Assembly (NCBI GenBank): GCA_031367385.1
Contig: JANLPS010000284.1
Location: forward strand, 1 to 35,062
Reading direction: 5' to 3'
From: Archangium sp.
GTDB taxonomy: Bacteria; Myxococcota; Myxococcia; Myxococcales; Myxococcaceae
Length of the DNA stretch: 35,062 nucleotides
The translations under genes and the position numbers were made by a program. The notes beneath the pieces are model-generated. The model worked only from the letters and a program-made list of their open reading frames with translations. It searched no databases and was not told where the DNA came from. Position 1 is the stretch's first letter. Every line of letters starts with the position of its first letter. Shown here in pieces: positions 34,110-35,062 of the stretch.

Positions 34110-35062
34110 ATGAACGACAAGCCCCTCACCACTGCCTCTGGCGTACCCGTCGCTGACAACCAGAACTCGCTGAGCGCCGGCCCCCGCGGCCCGTTGTTGC
34201 TGCAAGACTTTCACTTGATCGAGAAGTTGCAGCACTTCAACCGAGAGCGAATACCCGAGCGCGTCGTACACGCGAAGGGCTCGGGGGCGTATGGCACCTT
34301 CACCGTCACCCACGACATCAGCCAGTACACCTCGGCCAAGCTGTTCAGCGCGATTGGCAAGAAGACCGAGACCTTCGTGCGCTTCTCGACCGTCGGTGGT
34401 GAACGCGGCAGCGCCGACACCGAGCGCGACCCACGCGGCTTCGCGATTCGGTTCTACACCGAAGACGGCAATTGGGATCTCGTCGGCAACAACACGCCGA
34501 TGTTCTTCATCAAAGACCCGATCAAATTTCCCGACTTCGTTCACACGCAGAAGCGCGACCCGAAGACGAATCTGAAATCGGCTCACATGATGTGGGACTT
34601 CTGGAGCAACGCGCCCGAGAGCCTGCACCAGGTCACCATGTTGTTCAGCGATCGCGGTACGCCCGATGGGTACCGGCATATGGACGGCTTCGGCAGCCAC
34701 ACCTTCAGCTTGATCAACGCGGTCGGTGAGCGGGTGTGGGTGAAGTGGCACTTGAAGACCAAGCAGGGCATCAAGAACCTGAGTGCCGAAGAGGCGTCTC
34801 GCTTGGCCGGCGCAGACCCCGATCACGCGCAGCGAGATCTCTTCAATGCCATCGCCGAAGGCCGTCACCCGGCGTGGGACGTTTCGATTCAGGCGATGAC
34901 GCAGGCACAGGCCGAAGCCTTCGAGCGCCGAACCGGGTGGAACCCGTTCGATTTGACCAAGGTGTGGCCCTACGGAGAATCACCGCGCCTGCCAGTCGGT
35001 CAGTTGGTGTTGAACCGAAACCCCGAGAACTATCACCAGCACGTCGAGCAGGCGGCGTTCTC
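34110..35062 (+). CDS. katA: Monofunctional heme catalase, small-subunit type (partial, runs off the window)
   Basis: Translated by hand from ATG 34110: [88 protein letters not shown]. No stop before the window end. Confidence 0.95.
   Translation, partial: MNDKPLTTASGVPVADNQNSLSAGPRGPLLLQDFHLIEKLQHFNRERIPERVVHAKGSGAYGTFTVTHDISQYTSAKLFSAIGKKTETFVRFSTVGGERGSADTERDPRGFAIRFYTEDGNWDLVGNNTPMFFIKDPIKFPDFVHTQKRDPKTNLKSAHMMWDFWSNAPESLHQVTMLFSDRGTPDGYRHMDGFGSHTFSLINAVGERVWVKWHLKTKQGIKNLSAEEASRLAGADPDHAQRDLFNAIAEGRHPAWDVSIQAMTQAQAEAFERRTGWNPFDLTKVWPYGESPRLPVGQLVLNRNPENYHQHVEQAAF

Noticed and set aside
33636..34868. 410-aa minus-strand ORF
   Set aside because: Antisense shadow of RNase H and catalase. 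The real catalase is on the plus strand and is missing from the track because it has no stop in the window.

Overview
A GC-rich (roughly two-thirds G+C by eye) bacterial window. The gene families (PEGA, PilZ, Cys-rich and DAG-repeat lipoproteins, ECF sigma plus caspase) point to Myxococcota; this is an inference. It holds about 30 CDSs and no rRNA, tRNA, CRISPR array or transposase. Recognisable enzymes are a Zn-dependent alcohol dehydrogenase, ATP-dependent PFK, RNase HI, a GT2 polyprenol-type glycosyltransferase and a catalase running off the right end that the ORF track missed. The most striking locus is a minus-strand cassette at 12390->8231: ECF sigma, then a membrane anti-sigma, then an exported caspase-like protease with a probable outer-membrane beta-barrel, then a Cys/DAG-rich lipoprotein. 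The anti-sigma and the protease share an R-x-K-G motif, suggesting a protease-triggered trans-envelope signalling system. The cassette is interrupted by frame-preserving REP-doublet and 42-bp tandem repeats and by a doubly coupled mini-ORF. Also notable are a ThDP-enzyme/NeuB-like/HAD trio (possible branched higher-carbon sugar pathway), a 1084-aa protein plus MoxR AAA+ with no vWA partner in view, a cytochrome c'/octaheme HEAT-TPR pair, an internally duplicated 1386-aa membrane protein, an orphan SMI1/KNR4 immunity gene, and a long inverted repeat upstream of the dehydrogenase. Start codons were re-picked by eye where the ORF track over-extends. All family calls come from motif recognition, not database searches.
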